The position numbers were made by a program, and so were the translations under genes. The notes under the pieces were generated by a model. The model ran no database searches, had not been told where the DNA came from, and was given only the letters and a program-made list of their open reading frames with translations. Of a stretch of 14,851 nt of DNA, positions 7,598-14,851 are shown in pieces. Source of the stretch: Gemmatimonadota bacterium (GTDB taxonomy: Bacteria > Gemmatimonadota > Gemmatimonadetes > Gemmatimonadales > Gemmatimonadaceae); the NCBI GenBank assembly GCA_025359135.1, contig JANYHJ010000112.1, forward strand, positions 1 to 14,851, written 5' to 3'. Each line of letters begins with the position of its first letter. Position 1 is the first letter of the stretch.

Positions 7598-7726
7598 TAT
7601 ATCCCAGTCTATTCCCCGCACAATCATCCCGGAAGTCCTGCCACCAGATTGTCGGTCGCCAGTGCTGTACGCGGCGCCGCACTCGCGTCGTCCACCTGAC
7701 AAATACCCACCCCAACACTCTTCGAC
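7598..7726. promoter_or_regulatory. Divergent promoter region between cFTR1 (minus) and the OCD-family gene (plus). It contains the only AT-rich patch in the window, about 7566-7625.
   Basis: GC content drops sharply in this stretch. On the minus strand a TATAAT hexamer (complement of 7596-7601) overlaps the first cFTR1 ATG and sits 4-6 nt upstream of the second ATG. Confidence 0.4.
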
Positions 7727-8698
7727 ATGCCCCGGGTTCTGGTGGCGTCTGCGGCACAGATCTACCGTCTGCTACGCACATCCCGGGCCATCGACGCGAT
7801 GGATGCTGCGTTCCGTGCCTGGGACCGACAGGAGGTGGCCCAACCCGTACGTGCTGTCCTGCAGATGCCGACCGGCGCGTTCTTCGTCATGCCCGCGGCC
7901 ACTGGCAGCGTCGCGGGGGTCAAGGCGATCACCTACTTGCCCGGCAACGCCGCCATCGAGCGCCCGGTCATCCAGGGACTCGTGACGCTCTTCGACAGTC
8001 GCACGGGCGATCCGCTCGCGATTCTCGATGCCGCGTCGCTCACCGCGATCCGCACGGCCGCCGCCTCGGGGTTGGCTACGCGCCACATGGCCCGCGCCAA
8101 TGCGCACGTGCTCGCGATCCTGGGCGCCGGCGTGCAGGCGCGCACCCATCTCGAGGCGATGTTGGCGGTCCGTGATGTCAGGGAAATCCGCGTGTGGTCC
8201 CGGTCACGTGAACGGGCCACCGCTTTCGCACTTTCCGCCGCGGCGCTGCATCAATCGGTGCGCACCTGCGACAGCGCCGCGCTCGCCGTGCGCGATGCGG
8301 ACATCGTGTGCTCCGTCACGTCGTCACCCGTCCCCGTCGTGTCCAGCAGCGACCTCGCAGACGGCGCCCACGTCAACGCTGTCGGTGCGCACACGCGCAG
8401 CACGCGCGAGCTGGACGGCGCCACGATCGCCAGGTCGCGCTTCGTCGTCGATTCCCTCGACGCGGCGCACGCCGAGTGTGGCGAGCTGGCCATGGCGGTG
8501 AGCGAAGGCGCGTGTGAAGCGTCGCACGTCGCGGGCGATCTCGCGGCCGTGGTCACGGGTCGTACGGCGGGACGCTCGAGCGACCGCGAGCTCACCGTGT
8601 TCAAGTCGCTCGGCCTCGCGATGGAAGACGTGTTCGCGGCGACGGCCGTGTTCGAAGCCGCAGAAGGTGACGCGGACGCGCAGTGGGTGACGCTGTGA
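7727..8698 (+). CDS. Ornithine cyclodeaminase/mu-crystallin family NAD(P)-dependent enzyme.
   Basis: 323 aa. The N-terminus shows the family pattern (IYRLL...AIDAMDAAF), it has a Rossmann motif (LAILGAGVQARTHLEAM), and the C-terminus has TVFKSLGLAMEDVFAA, which is typical of the OCD family. Confidence 0.8.
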   Translation: MPRVLVASAAQIYRLLRTSRAIDAMDAAFRAWDRQEVAQPVRAVLQMPTGAFFVMPAATGSVAGVKAITYLPGNAAIERPVIQGLVTLFDSRTGDPLAILDAASLTAIRTAAASGLATRHMARANAHVLAILGAGVQARTHLEAMLAVRDVREIRVWSRSRERATAFALSAAALHQSVRTCDSAALAVRDADIVCSVTSSPVPVVSSSDLADGAHVNAVGAHTRSTRELDGATIARSRFVVDSLDAAHAECGELAMAVSEGACEASHVAGDLAAVVTGRTAGRSSDRELTVFKSLGLAMEDVFAATAVFEAAEGDADAQWVTL

Positions 8699-8740
8699 TC
8701 GGCGCCTGCCACGGCGACACGATATTCCGGCGATGACGCG

Positions 8741-9289
8741 ATGACCGGCATTCCACCCGGCGATCCGCCGCGCTGGCGCTTCACCACCGACCGGTTGCGC
8801 GCGCGCGAGATGGACAACTTCGACCTCGCGTTCATTGCCGCGATGCTGGGCGATGCGCGCGTCATGCACTTCTACCCGAAGGTGCTCGACCGCGACGAGT
8901 CACTCGCGTGGATCGCGCGGCAGCGCCAGCGCTACCGCGACGACGGCCACGGACTCTGGTTGCTCGAAGCCCGTGCCACCGGCGAGCCCGTGGGTCAGTG
9001 CGGCGTGACCATGCAGGACGTCGATGGGGTGCGCGAGGTGGAAGTCGGCTACCTGCTGCACGCAGACCACTGGAAGCGCGGCTTGGCGACCGAGGCGGCG
9101 CAAGCCGCGCGCGACTGGGCGCGCGAGCGCTACCCGGACAGGCGCATCATCTCGCTCGTTCGTCCCGAGAACGTGGCCTCGTGCGCGGTGGCGGAACGGA
9201 ACGGCATGACGGTGGCCGGGGAGACGATGCGAGCGGGGTGGCGGCACGTCATCTATGCCACGATGCCGACGGCCGGGGCGACGCGATGA
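8741..9289 (+). CDS. GNAT family N-acetyltransferase, RimJ/RimL-like (Acetyltransf_3).
   Basis: 182 aa with a typical acetyl-CoA binding region (QCGVTMQD...VEVGYLLHADHWKRGLATEAAQAARDWA). Its stop TGA at 9287-9289 overlaps the next gene's ATG at 9286. Confidence 0.8.
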   Translation: MTGIPPGDPPRWRFTTDRLRAREMDNFDLAFIAAMLGDARVMHFYPKVLDRDESLAWIARQRQRYRDDGHGLWLLEARATGEPVGQCGVTMQDVDGVREVEVGYLLHADHWKRGLATEAAQAARDWARERYPDRRIISLVRPENVASCAVAERNGMTVAGETMRAGWRHVIYATMPTAGATR

Positions 9290-11985
9290 GATGCGGTGTG
9301 TTCGAGCGCGTGCACAACGTGCTCGGCATCGCCCTCAGCCTCGTGCTTGCTCTCGTGACGGCGACGATGCCTGCGGACGCGCAGGCCAATGCACCGCGCC
9401 CTGCGTACCGCGACGCGCACGTGAGCGCCGATGACCGCGCGCGCGACCTCCTCGCGCGCATGACGCCCGAGGAGAAGTTCTGGCAGCTCTACATGTCGCC
9501 GGGCGACCCGCGCGACGATGGCGTGCTGCTCGCGCATGGCGCGTACGGGCTGCAGCTCATGCCCGACGCCGCCGACACGGCCGCCTCGCTCCAACCGCGC
9601 GAGCGCGCGCGTCGCCTGGCCGACCGCGTCAATCGTGTCCAGCACTTCTTCAGGGACAGCACGCGGCTGGGGATTCCGGCGCTGCTGTTCGAGGAAGGCG
9701 CGCACGGACTCGTGCAGCCGGGTGCGACCGTCTTTCCCGCAGCCATCGCGTTGGCGGCCACCTTCGACACCGCGCTCGCGGCACGCGTCGCGGGCGTGAT
9801 CGCGACTGAATCGCGCGCGCGTGGCGTGCGGCAGCTGCTCTCGCCCGTGCTCAACCTCGCGCGCGATCCGCGCTGGGGACGCGTCGAGGAAACGTTCGGC
9901 GAAGACCCGCGCCTCGCCGCCGATCTCGCCGTGGCGATGACCGCGCGGCTCGAGGCGGCCGGCATCGTGACCACGCCCAAGCACTTCATCGCCAACTACG
10001 GCGACGGCGGTCGCGACAGCTGGCCCGTGGGCCTCAGCCGCCGCGAGCTCGAGCGCACCTACTTCGTGCCGTTTCGTGCCGCGATCGCGCGGGGCGGTGC
10101 GCGCAGCGTGATGGCCGCCTACAACGCGGTGGATGGCGTGCCTGCCGCACAGAACGCGTCGCTCCTCACCGGCGTGCTGCGCCACGACTGGGGCTTTGGC
10201 GGCGTCACCATCTCCGACGCGGCCGGCGTGGGTGGCGCCAACGTGCTCCACTTCACCGCCCCCGACTACGCCACCGCCACTCGCCAGGCCATCACCGCAG
10301 GGCTCGACGTCATCTTCCAGAGCCAAGTGGCGCAAGCGCGCCTCTTCTCGCCACCGTTCCTCGACGGCTCGCTCGCAGCCGCGCGCATCGACAGCGCCGT
10401 GCTGCGCGTGCTGCGCCTCAAGTTCGCGCTCGGTCTCTTCGACGCGCCGGACGCGGACGCTGGCGCCATCGAGCGCACGCTCCGCGACGCCGCGTCGCCA
10501 CGCCTCGCGCGCGAGGTGGCGCGTGCGTCGATCGTGCTGCTGCGCAACGAGCGCGGCGTGCTGCCGATGCCAGAGTCGGCCACGCGCATCGCGGTCATCG
10601 GCGAAGATGCACGCATCGCACGACTGGGTGGATACACGGCCGCGGGTGCACGCGGCTTGAGCGTGCTCGACGCGCTGCGCGAGCGACTGGGTGCGCGCGC
10701 CGTCGTTTCATTCGCGCCGGGCACGGGTCGCATCACGCACTCCACCGTCACGGTGGACTCCTCCTTCCTCGAGCACGACAGCGCGGGCGTGACGCGCACG
10801 GGGCTTGGCGCCGAGTACTTCGGCAACATCACGCTGGACGGCGCACCGCTCGTGGTGCGCACCGACGCCCACGTGGATTTCTCGTGGACCCTTGGCGGCC
10901 CTGCACGTGGCCTGTCGCGCGATTGGTACAGCGCGCGCTGGACCGGCGCCCTCCGCGCGCCGTCGACGGGCACGATCGAGCTTGGCATCGAGGGCAGCGA
11001 CGGCTATCGCCTCTGGCTCGACGGCCGGCTCGTGCTCGACGCGTGGACCAAGCGCTCGAGCGGCCGGCGACTCGTGCGCGTGTCCATGGTGAAGGGCCGG
11101 CGCATGCCGATCCGGCTCGAGTACCACGAGACCACCGGCAACGCGCATGTGCGCCTCGTCTGGAATCACGGCGTGCGCGACGATCGTGCGACGCACATCG
11201 CGGAAGCCGTACGCGCCGCGCGCGTGAGCCAGCTTGCCGTCGTCGTCGTGGGCATCGAGGAAGGCGAGTTTCGTGACCGCGCGTCACTCGCCCTGCCGGG
11301 CGGACAGGAGGCGCTCATCCGCGCCGTCGCCGCCACGGGGACGTCCACGGTGGTGGTGCTCATCGGCGGTGGCGCGATCACGATGTCGCCCTGGCTCGAC
11401 TCGGCGCAGGGCGTGCTGCAGGCGTGGTATCCGGGCGCGGAGGGCGGCCGCGCGATCGTGGACGTACTCATGGGCGATGCGAATCCCTCGGGGCGCCTGC
11501 CGTACACGATTCCCGTGAGCGAGGGGCAGCTCCCGCTCACCTACGACCACGAGCCCACGGGCCGCGGCGACGACTACCTCGACCTGACCGGCCATCCGCT
11601 CTTTCCATTCGGCTTCGGGCTGAGCTATTCATCGTTCGCGTATGACGCACTGGCCATCGAACCGCAGCTGTCTGGCGCCGAGGGCTTGGTGGTTGTGCGC
11701 TGCACCGTGCGAAATACCAGCGCGCGCGCCGGCGATGAGGTCGTGCAGCTCTATCTCCGGAACGTCGTGGCGCCCGTGGCGCAGCCGGTGCTCGCGCTCG
11801 CGGGCTTCCAACGCGTGCACCTCGCGGCGGGCGAAGCGCGCGACGTGCGCTTCACGCTCACGCCGGCGGATCTCGCCATCCTGGACGCCGACGGACGACG
11901 CGTGGCCTCGACGGGCGACGTGCGCGTGTACATCGGCGCGTCGTCGCGGGACTTGCGCCTGCGGGGGACAGTGGAGCGGAAGTAG
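9286..11985 (+). CDS. Secreted glycoside hydrolase family 3 beta-glucosidase (BglX-like) with an inserted PA14 domain and a C-terminal Fn3-like domain.
   Basis: The signal peptide is MRCGVFERVHNVLGIALSLVLALVTATMPADAQA. GH3 N-terminal motifs are present (MTPEEKFWQL, RDPRWGRVEETFGEDP, GFGGVTISD). A PA14 block occurs at roughly aa 500-600 (YFGNITLDG...LEYHETTGNAHVRLVW), and the C-terminal region is beta-sandwich. The 8908 start given by the ORF track would run through the GNAT gene, so I use the ATG at 9286. Confidence 0.9.
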   Translation: MRCGVFERVHNVLGIALSLVLALVTATMPADAQANAPRPAYRDAHVSADDRARDLLARMTPEEKFWQLYMSPGDPRDDGVLLAHGAYGLQLMPDAADTAASLQPRERARRLADRVNRVQHFFRDSTRLGIPALLFEEGAHGLVQPGATVFPAAIALAATFDTALAARVAGVIATESRARGVRQLLSPVLNLARDPRWGRVEETFGEDPRLAADLAVAMTARLEAAGIVTTPKHFIANYGDGGRDSWPVGLSRRELERTYFVPFRAAIARGGARSVMAAYNAVDGVPAAQNASLLTGVLRHDWGFGGVTISDAAGVGGANVLHFTAPDYATATRQAITAGLDVIFQSQVAQARLFSPPFLDGSLAAARIDSAVLRVLRLKFALGLFDAPDADAGAIERTLRDAASPRLAREVARASIVLLRNERGVLPMPESATRIAVIGEDARIARLGGYTAAGARGLSVLDALRERLGARAVVSFAPGTGRITHSTVTVDSSFLEHDSAGVTRTGLGAEYFGNITLDGAPLVVRTDAHVDFSWTLGGPARGLSRDWYSARWTGALRAPSTGTIELGIEGSDGYRLWLDGRLVLDAWTKRSSGRRLVRVSMVKGRRMPIRLEYHETTGNAHVRLVWNHGVRDDRATHIAEAVRAARVSQLAVVVVGIEEGEFRDRASLALPGGQEALIRAVAATGTSTVVVLIGGGAITMSPWLDSAQGVLQAWYPGAEGGRAIVDVLMGDANPSGRLPYTIPVSEGQLPLTYDHEPTGRGDDYLDLTGHPLFPFGFGLSYSSFAYDALAIEPQLSGAEGLVVVRCTVRNTSARAGDEVVQLYLRNVVAPVAQPVLALAGFQRVHLAAGEARDVRFTLTPADLAILDADGRRVASTGDVRVYIGASSRDLRLRGTVERK

Positions 11986-12079
11986 CGCGCGCTGGTTCGG
12001 CGCTCGGCATCGGGAGCCGCACCGCGAACGCGTCACGCCAGTGCCGACGCATCGACACGAACGCTCGCCGCACCGCGAC

Positions 12080-12466
12080 TCACTCCCGCTCGAGCACCAC
12101 CACCGCCGCCGCCGTCTCGTGCGAGTGCGTGAGCGTCACGTGCACGCGCGTCACGCCCAGCTCGGCCGCGCGCTCTGCCGCGCGTCCATGCAACACGAGC
12201 CGCGGCTGTCCGCTCGACTCATCGCGCAACACCTCGAGGTCGCGCCACCCGATGCCACGCGCGAGCTCGCTCCCGGCGAGCGCCTTGTACGCGGCTTCCT
12301 TGGCCGCGAAGCGCGCGGCGAAATGTCGCGCCGGATGCGCGCGACTCGTTGCGTAGCGCGCCTCTTCCGCGGTGAAGAGCTTGGCCAGCGCGCGCTCACC
12401 CTTGTCGTCGAGCATGCGCTCCACGCGCGCGATGTCCACGAGATCGAGCCCGATGCCGACGATCAT
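12080..12466 (-). CDS. acpS: Holo-[acyl-carrier-protein] synthase (4'-phosphopantetheinyl transferase, AcpS).
   Basis: 128 aa starting MIVGIGLDLVDIARVERML..., and containing FAAKEAAYKAL, the classic AcpS pattern. GGGGGA lies 8 nt upstream of the ATG. The start overlaps the upstream gene's stop in an ATGA arrangement. Confidence 0.85.
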   Translation of the reverse strand: MIVGIGLDLVDIARVERMLDDKGERALAKLFTAEEARYATSRAHPARHFAARFAAKEAAYKALAGSELARGIGWRDLEVLRDESSGQPRLVLHGRAAERAAELGVTRVHVTLTHSHETAAAVVVLERE

Positions 12467-13248
12467 GTCGACGTCCCCCGGCTGAGCACGCGCCGCCAGA
12501 ACGATCCGCTTCGCCCGCGCGGGTCGGCGAGCGCGGGGAGCATCGCTTCCCAAGCCCCATCGGCGGCAGAGAACACGGCGCGCAGTCCGGCCACCCACGC
12601 GTGCCAGTTGGCGAGATATCGATCCGCGGCGGACGCCTCCACTGCCCTTCGCAGCACGCCCAGCTGCGTGAGGGCCGTCCCGAACGCCTGAGCGCGCTCG
12701 CGCAGCTCCTCCGCCAACGCACGCGCATCCGGCGCACTGCGCGGTGCGCGCGCCTTGGCGTAGCCATCGATCGTCGTGAGCATCACTTCGCGCAACGCGG
12801 GCACGTCAAACGCCGCGAGTCGTGCGGCCGGCGTCGTGGCGCTGTGCGCGGTACGGCGCGCAGAGAGCAACGGCCCGAACCAGGCATCGTGATCGGAGCC
12901 GGGCCTCGCACGCGGCGAGCCCATCGCCCGGAGCGACGCCGCCACCTCAGGCACGCCCGTGGCCGCGTCGGTCACCGCGCGCACAAGTGACGCCGCATCG
13001 CTCGTCTCGATCGTGATGGCCGGCTCCACGTGCGGGTACAACGTCACGGTCAAGCCGTCTGCGACGACGCCCTCGAGCGTGGCCAGCTCCACCGTCGTGA
13101 CGCCGAGCGCGTGCTCGAGTAGCAGCGCGTCGTCGAGGAGTCGCGCGGTCGCGTCGGCTCCGGTTGCGCCACCCAGCACGCGCGCGACCGCGTCGGCTGC
13201 GGTTGCGTCGCTCCGCACGCGCACGGTCCACGGTCCGCGGTCGCTCAC
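12463..13248 (-). CDS. Ala-rich hypothetical protein of 261 aa and unknown function, translationally coupled between the CYTH gene and acpS.
   Basis: GTG start at 13248 in a GTGA overlap with the CYTH stop, and the stop overlaps the acpS ATG. The third codon positions are strongly G/C-biased in this frame, which supports real coding. I recognise no family motif in it. Confidence 0.5.
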   Translation of the reverse strand: MSDRGPWTVRVRSDATAADAVARVLGGATGADATARLLDDALLLEHALGVTTVELATLEGVVADGLTVTLYPHVEPAITIETSDAASLVRAVTDAATGVPEVAASLRAMGSPRARPGSDHDAWFGPLLSARRTAHSATTPAARLAAFDVPALREVMLTTIDGYAKARAPRSAPDARALAEELRERAQAFGTALTQLGVLRRAVEASAADRYLANWHAWVAGLRAVFSAADGAWEAMLPALADPRGRSGSFWRRVLSRGTST

Positions 13249-13847
13249 GCATCCTCCATGCGGAAGGGATGCTGGCCTTCCAGCTCCACGTCGGCGAGTG
13301 CGGCCTCGACCCCCGTGCGAAGTTCGAAGCGAGCCACGAAATCGGGCAGGCGTTCGGTGGTGAACGCCTCACGCGGCAGGGCGAGCACCGCGATCGCCGC
13401 CTCGATCGCTTCGGGCGTGCCCTCGACTTCCACGAGTACATCCATGCGCGGATAGCGCTCGAAGCGCACCATCGCGCCGTGCAACTCGTACTGCGCAATG
13501 TGCCGGTCGATCTCGCGCGTGATGATGTAGCCGAGGTTGGTCAACATCGCCTGCAACGCATCGGGCTCTCCGAGCGTCGTGGTGAGCTCGTCGCGCACCT
13601 TGTAACCGTCCTCGTAGCGCGTCGGCCCCTTCCAGTCGAGCGCCGCGCGCACGTCGCCCGGTCCTCGCCACGTGCGGAGCCGCACCACGTAGTCGCGCAG
13701 CGCGAGCGCGCGCCCCGGCGTGTCGAAGCGGCGATCCTCGAGTCGTCCCTCGTACACGAGCGTCGCGCCCGCCGCTTCCACGCATGCACGCCGCAGCGCC
13801 TCGTCATCCACGAGCGCCTTGAGCTCGACTTCGCGCGTTGCGCTCAT
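13245..13847 (-). CDS. CYTH-domain protein (class IV adenylyl cyclase / triphosphate tunnel metalloenzyme family).
   Basis: 200 aa starting MSATREVELKALV, which carries the ExExK motif. It also has DWKGP (the 'tyKGp' motif) and an acidic VLVEVEG strand. The start overlaps the HAD stop as TGATG. Confidence 0.75.
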   Translation of the reverse strand: MSATREVELKALVDDEALRRACVEAAGATLVYEGRLEDRRFDTPGRALALRDYVVRLRTWRGPGDVRAALDWKGPTRYEDGYKVRDELTTTLGEPDALQAMLTNLGYIITREIDRHIAQYELHGAMVRFERYPRMDVLVEVEGTPEAIEAAIAVLALPREAFTTERLPDFVARFELRTGVEAALADVELEGQHPFRMEDA

Positions 13848-14536
13848 CAGCAGCGCTCCAGCGTGGCGATCACCGCCTCGGTGTCGCTCAGGTCGTCGAA
13901 GAGCGCATGCGGTCCGTGCGTCGCGAGTTCGTCGCGCTGGTAGTGACCCGTGGCCACGGCCACCGCACGCGCGCCGATGCCGCGCCCGCACTGGATGTCC
14001 GACGGCGTGTCGCCGATGATCACGCACGCATCGCCGGCCACGGCGCGACCGAGGTGATGTTCGGCCCTCACGCGCGCGATCTCCGGCAGTTCGGCGCGCA
14101 CCTCGTGGTCCGAACCGAACGCGCCGACCACGAATGCCTGCGGGTCGAGCCCCACCGCGTGCAGCTTGATCGCCGCGCCTTCGGCCACGTTTCCCGTGAG
14201 GAGCCCCAGCACGAGTCCGTCGTGCGCCGTCACCGCCGCCACCAGCTCGCGCACGCCGGGGAGCAGCACCGCCGGCTTCTCGGTGCTCAGCACCTCCTCC
14301 CTGAGCGCGGCCACGTAGCGCGCCTCGGTGTCGGCGCGACGGGCATCGATCGCCGCGTCATCGAAACCGGCCAACCGCATCGCCTCGCGGATGATCTGCC
14401 GATCGGTCTTCCCGTCGTAGCGATACGCCGGATCGCCCGGCGTCCCGAACGTGGCGGTGAGCGCCCGCTCCATCGAGCGCCGCCCCGCACCGGTGCGGAG
14501 CAGCGTGCCGTCGATGTCGAACAGGACGATTTTCAT
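13847..14536 (-). CDS. HAD-superfamily hydrolase, phosphoglycolate-phosphatase-like subfamily IA.
   Basis: 229 aa starting MKIVLFDIDGTLL, which carries the DxDGT motif I. It has LLTGN (motif II-like) and GDTPSDIQ (motif IV). Its ATG overlaps the stop of the EamA gene as ATGA. Confidence 0.85.
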   Translation of the reverse strand: MKIVLFDIDGTLLRTGAGRRSMERALTATFGTPGDPAYRYDGKTDRQIIREAMRLAGFDDAAIDARRADTEARYVAALREEVLSTEKPAVLLPGVRELVAAVTAHDGLVLGLLTGNVAEGAAIKLHAVGLDPQAFVVGAFGSDHEVRAELPEIARVRAEHHLGRAVAGDACVIIGDTPSDIQCGRGIGARAVAVATGHYQRDELATHGPHALFDDLSDTEAVIATLERC

Positions 14537-14851
14537 TCGCCGTGCGCCGGTTCGGCCGACGTGCTCGACCGTGTCAGCAGGAGACCGCCCATGACGGCGC
14601 CTGACCCGGTGACCTGCCAGATGGTTGGCCGTTCGCCGAGGAGCGGCCAGGCAGCGAGGAGCGCGATCATCGGCTGTAGCTGCGCAAACATCGCCGTGCG
14701 TGTGGAGCCGAGGACGCGAACCCCGCGATACCAGAAGAGATAGGCGAGCCCGATCGCGCCGATGCCGGAATACGCGACCGCCGCCCAGGTGAGCGCCACG
14801 ATGGCGCTCCAGTTCGTGCGACTGAGTGCGGGCGCAGCGACAACAATGATG
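14533..14851 (-). CDS. DMT-superfamily (EamA-like) transporter, C-terminal part only; the gene continues beyond the window end.
   Basis: The frame is open to the window edge and reads ...IIVVAAPALSRTNWSAIVALTWAAVAYSGIGAIGLAYLFWYRGVRVLGSTRTAMFAQLQPMIALLAAWPLLGERPT..., a typical second EamA domain. Confidence 0.7.
   Translation of the reverse strand, partial: IIVVAAPALSRTNWSAIVALTWAAVAYSGIGAIGLAYLFWYRGVRVLGSTRTAMFAQLQPMIALLAAWPLLGERPTIWQVTGSGAVMGGLLLTRSSTSAEPAHGE

Noticed and set aside
7590-7600. Tat-type twin-arginine signal on the cytochrome c domain.
   Set aside because: SRRVLARF only loosely fits S/T-R-R-x-F-L-K, and c-type cytochromes are normally Sec substrates. I kept it as a remark inside the cFTR1 finding only.
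5357-7699. 780-aa ORF on the plus strand.
   Set aside because: It is exactly antisense to the well-supported cFTR1 gene. Its R/G/E/H-rich low-complexity composition is typical of shadow ORFs in 70% GC DNA, and I recognise no motif in it.
1-14851. CRISPR arrays, IS elements, integrase or transposase genes.
   Set aside because: There are no regularly spaced short repeats, no terminal inverted repeats flanking an ORF, and no ORF with recombinase-like motifs. The only repeat of note is the flotillin 3'-end duplication.

Overview
This is a high-GC (about 70%) bacterial chromosomal window; long antisense ORFs are numerous, as expected at this GC content, and I treat them as artefacts. I call 12 protein-coding genes, identified from conserved motifs. 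On the plus strand: a 5'-partial beta-rich/HEAT-repeat protein with an apparent frameshift, a flotillin-like SPFH membrane protein split by an in-frame TAG, an ornithine cyclodeaminase-family enzyme, a RimL-like GNAT acetyltransferase, and a PA14-containing GH3 beta-glucosidase whose start overlaps the GNAT stop. On the minus strand: a secreted alkaline-phosphatase-superfamily phosphodiesterase, a cytochrome-c::FTR1 iron-permease fusion (cFTR1), and a translationally coupled five-gene operon of an EamA/DMT transporter (runs off the window), HAD phosphatase, CYTH triphosphate-tunnel enzyme, a 261-aa unknown protein and AcpS. I found no tRNA, rRNA, CRISPR array, transposase or integrase. The observations most worth a second look are: (1) the two in-frame-interrupted genes (the 11-nt duplication in gene 1 and the amber codon in flotillin); (2) an imperfect direct repeat of roughly 85-95 bp that copies the flotillin 3' end on both sides of the phosphatase gene, which looks like an att-type insertion scar; (3) the compact AcpS-linked CYTH/HAD operon with an uncharacterised partner; (4) the cFTR1 fusion, which may have a leaderless promoter; and (5) several perfect palindromes and GC-rich hairpins in intergenic regions.
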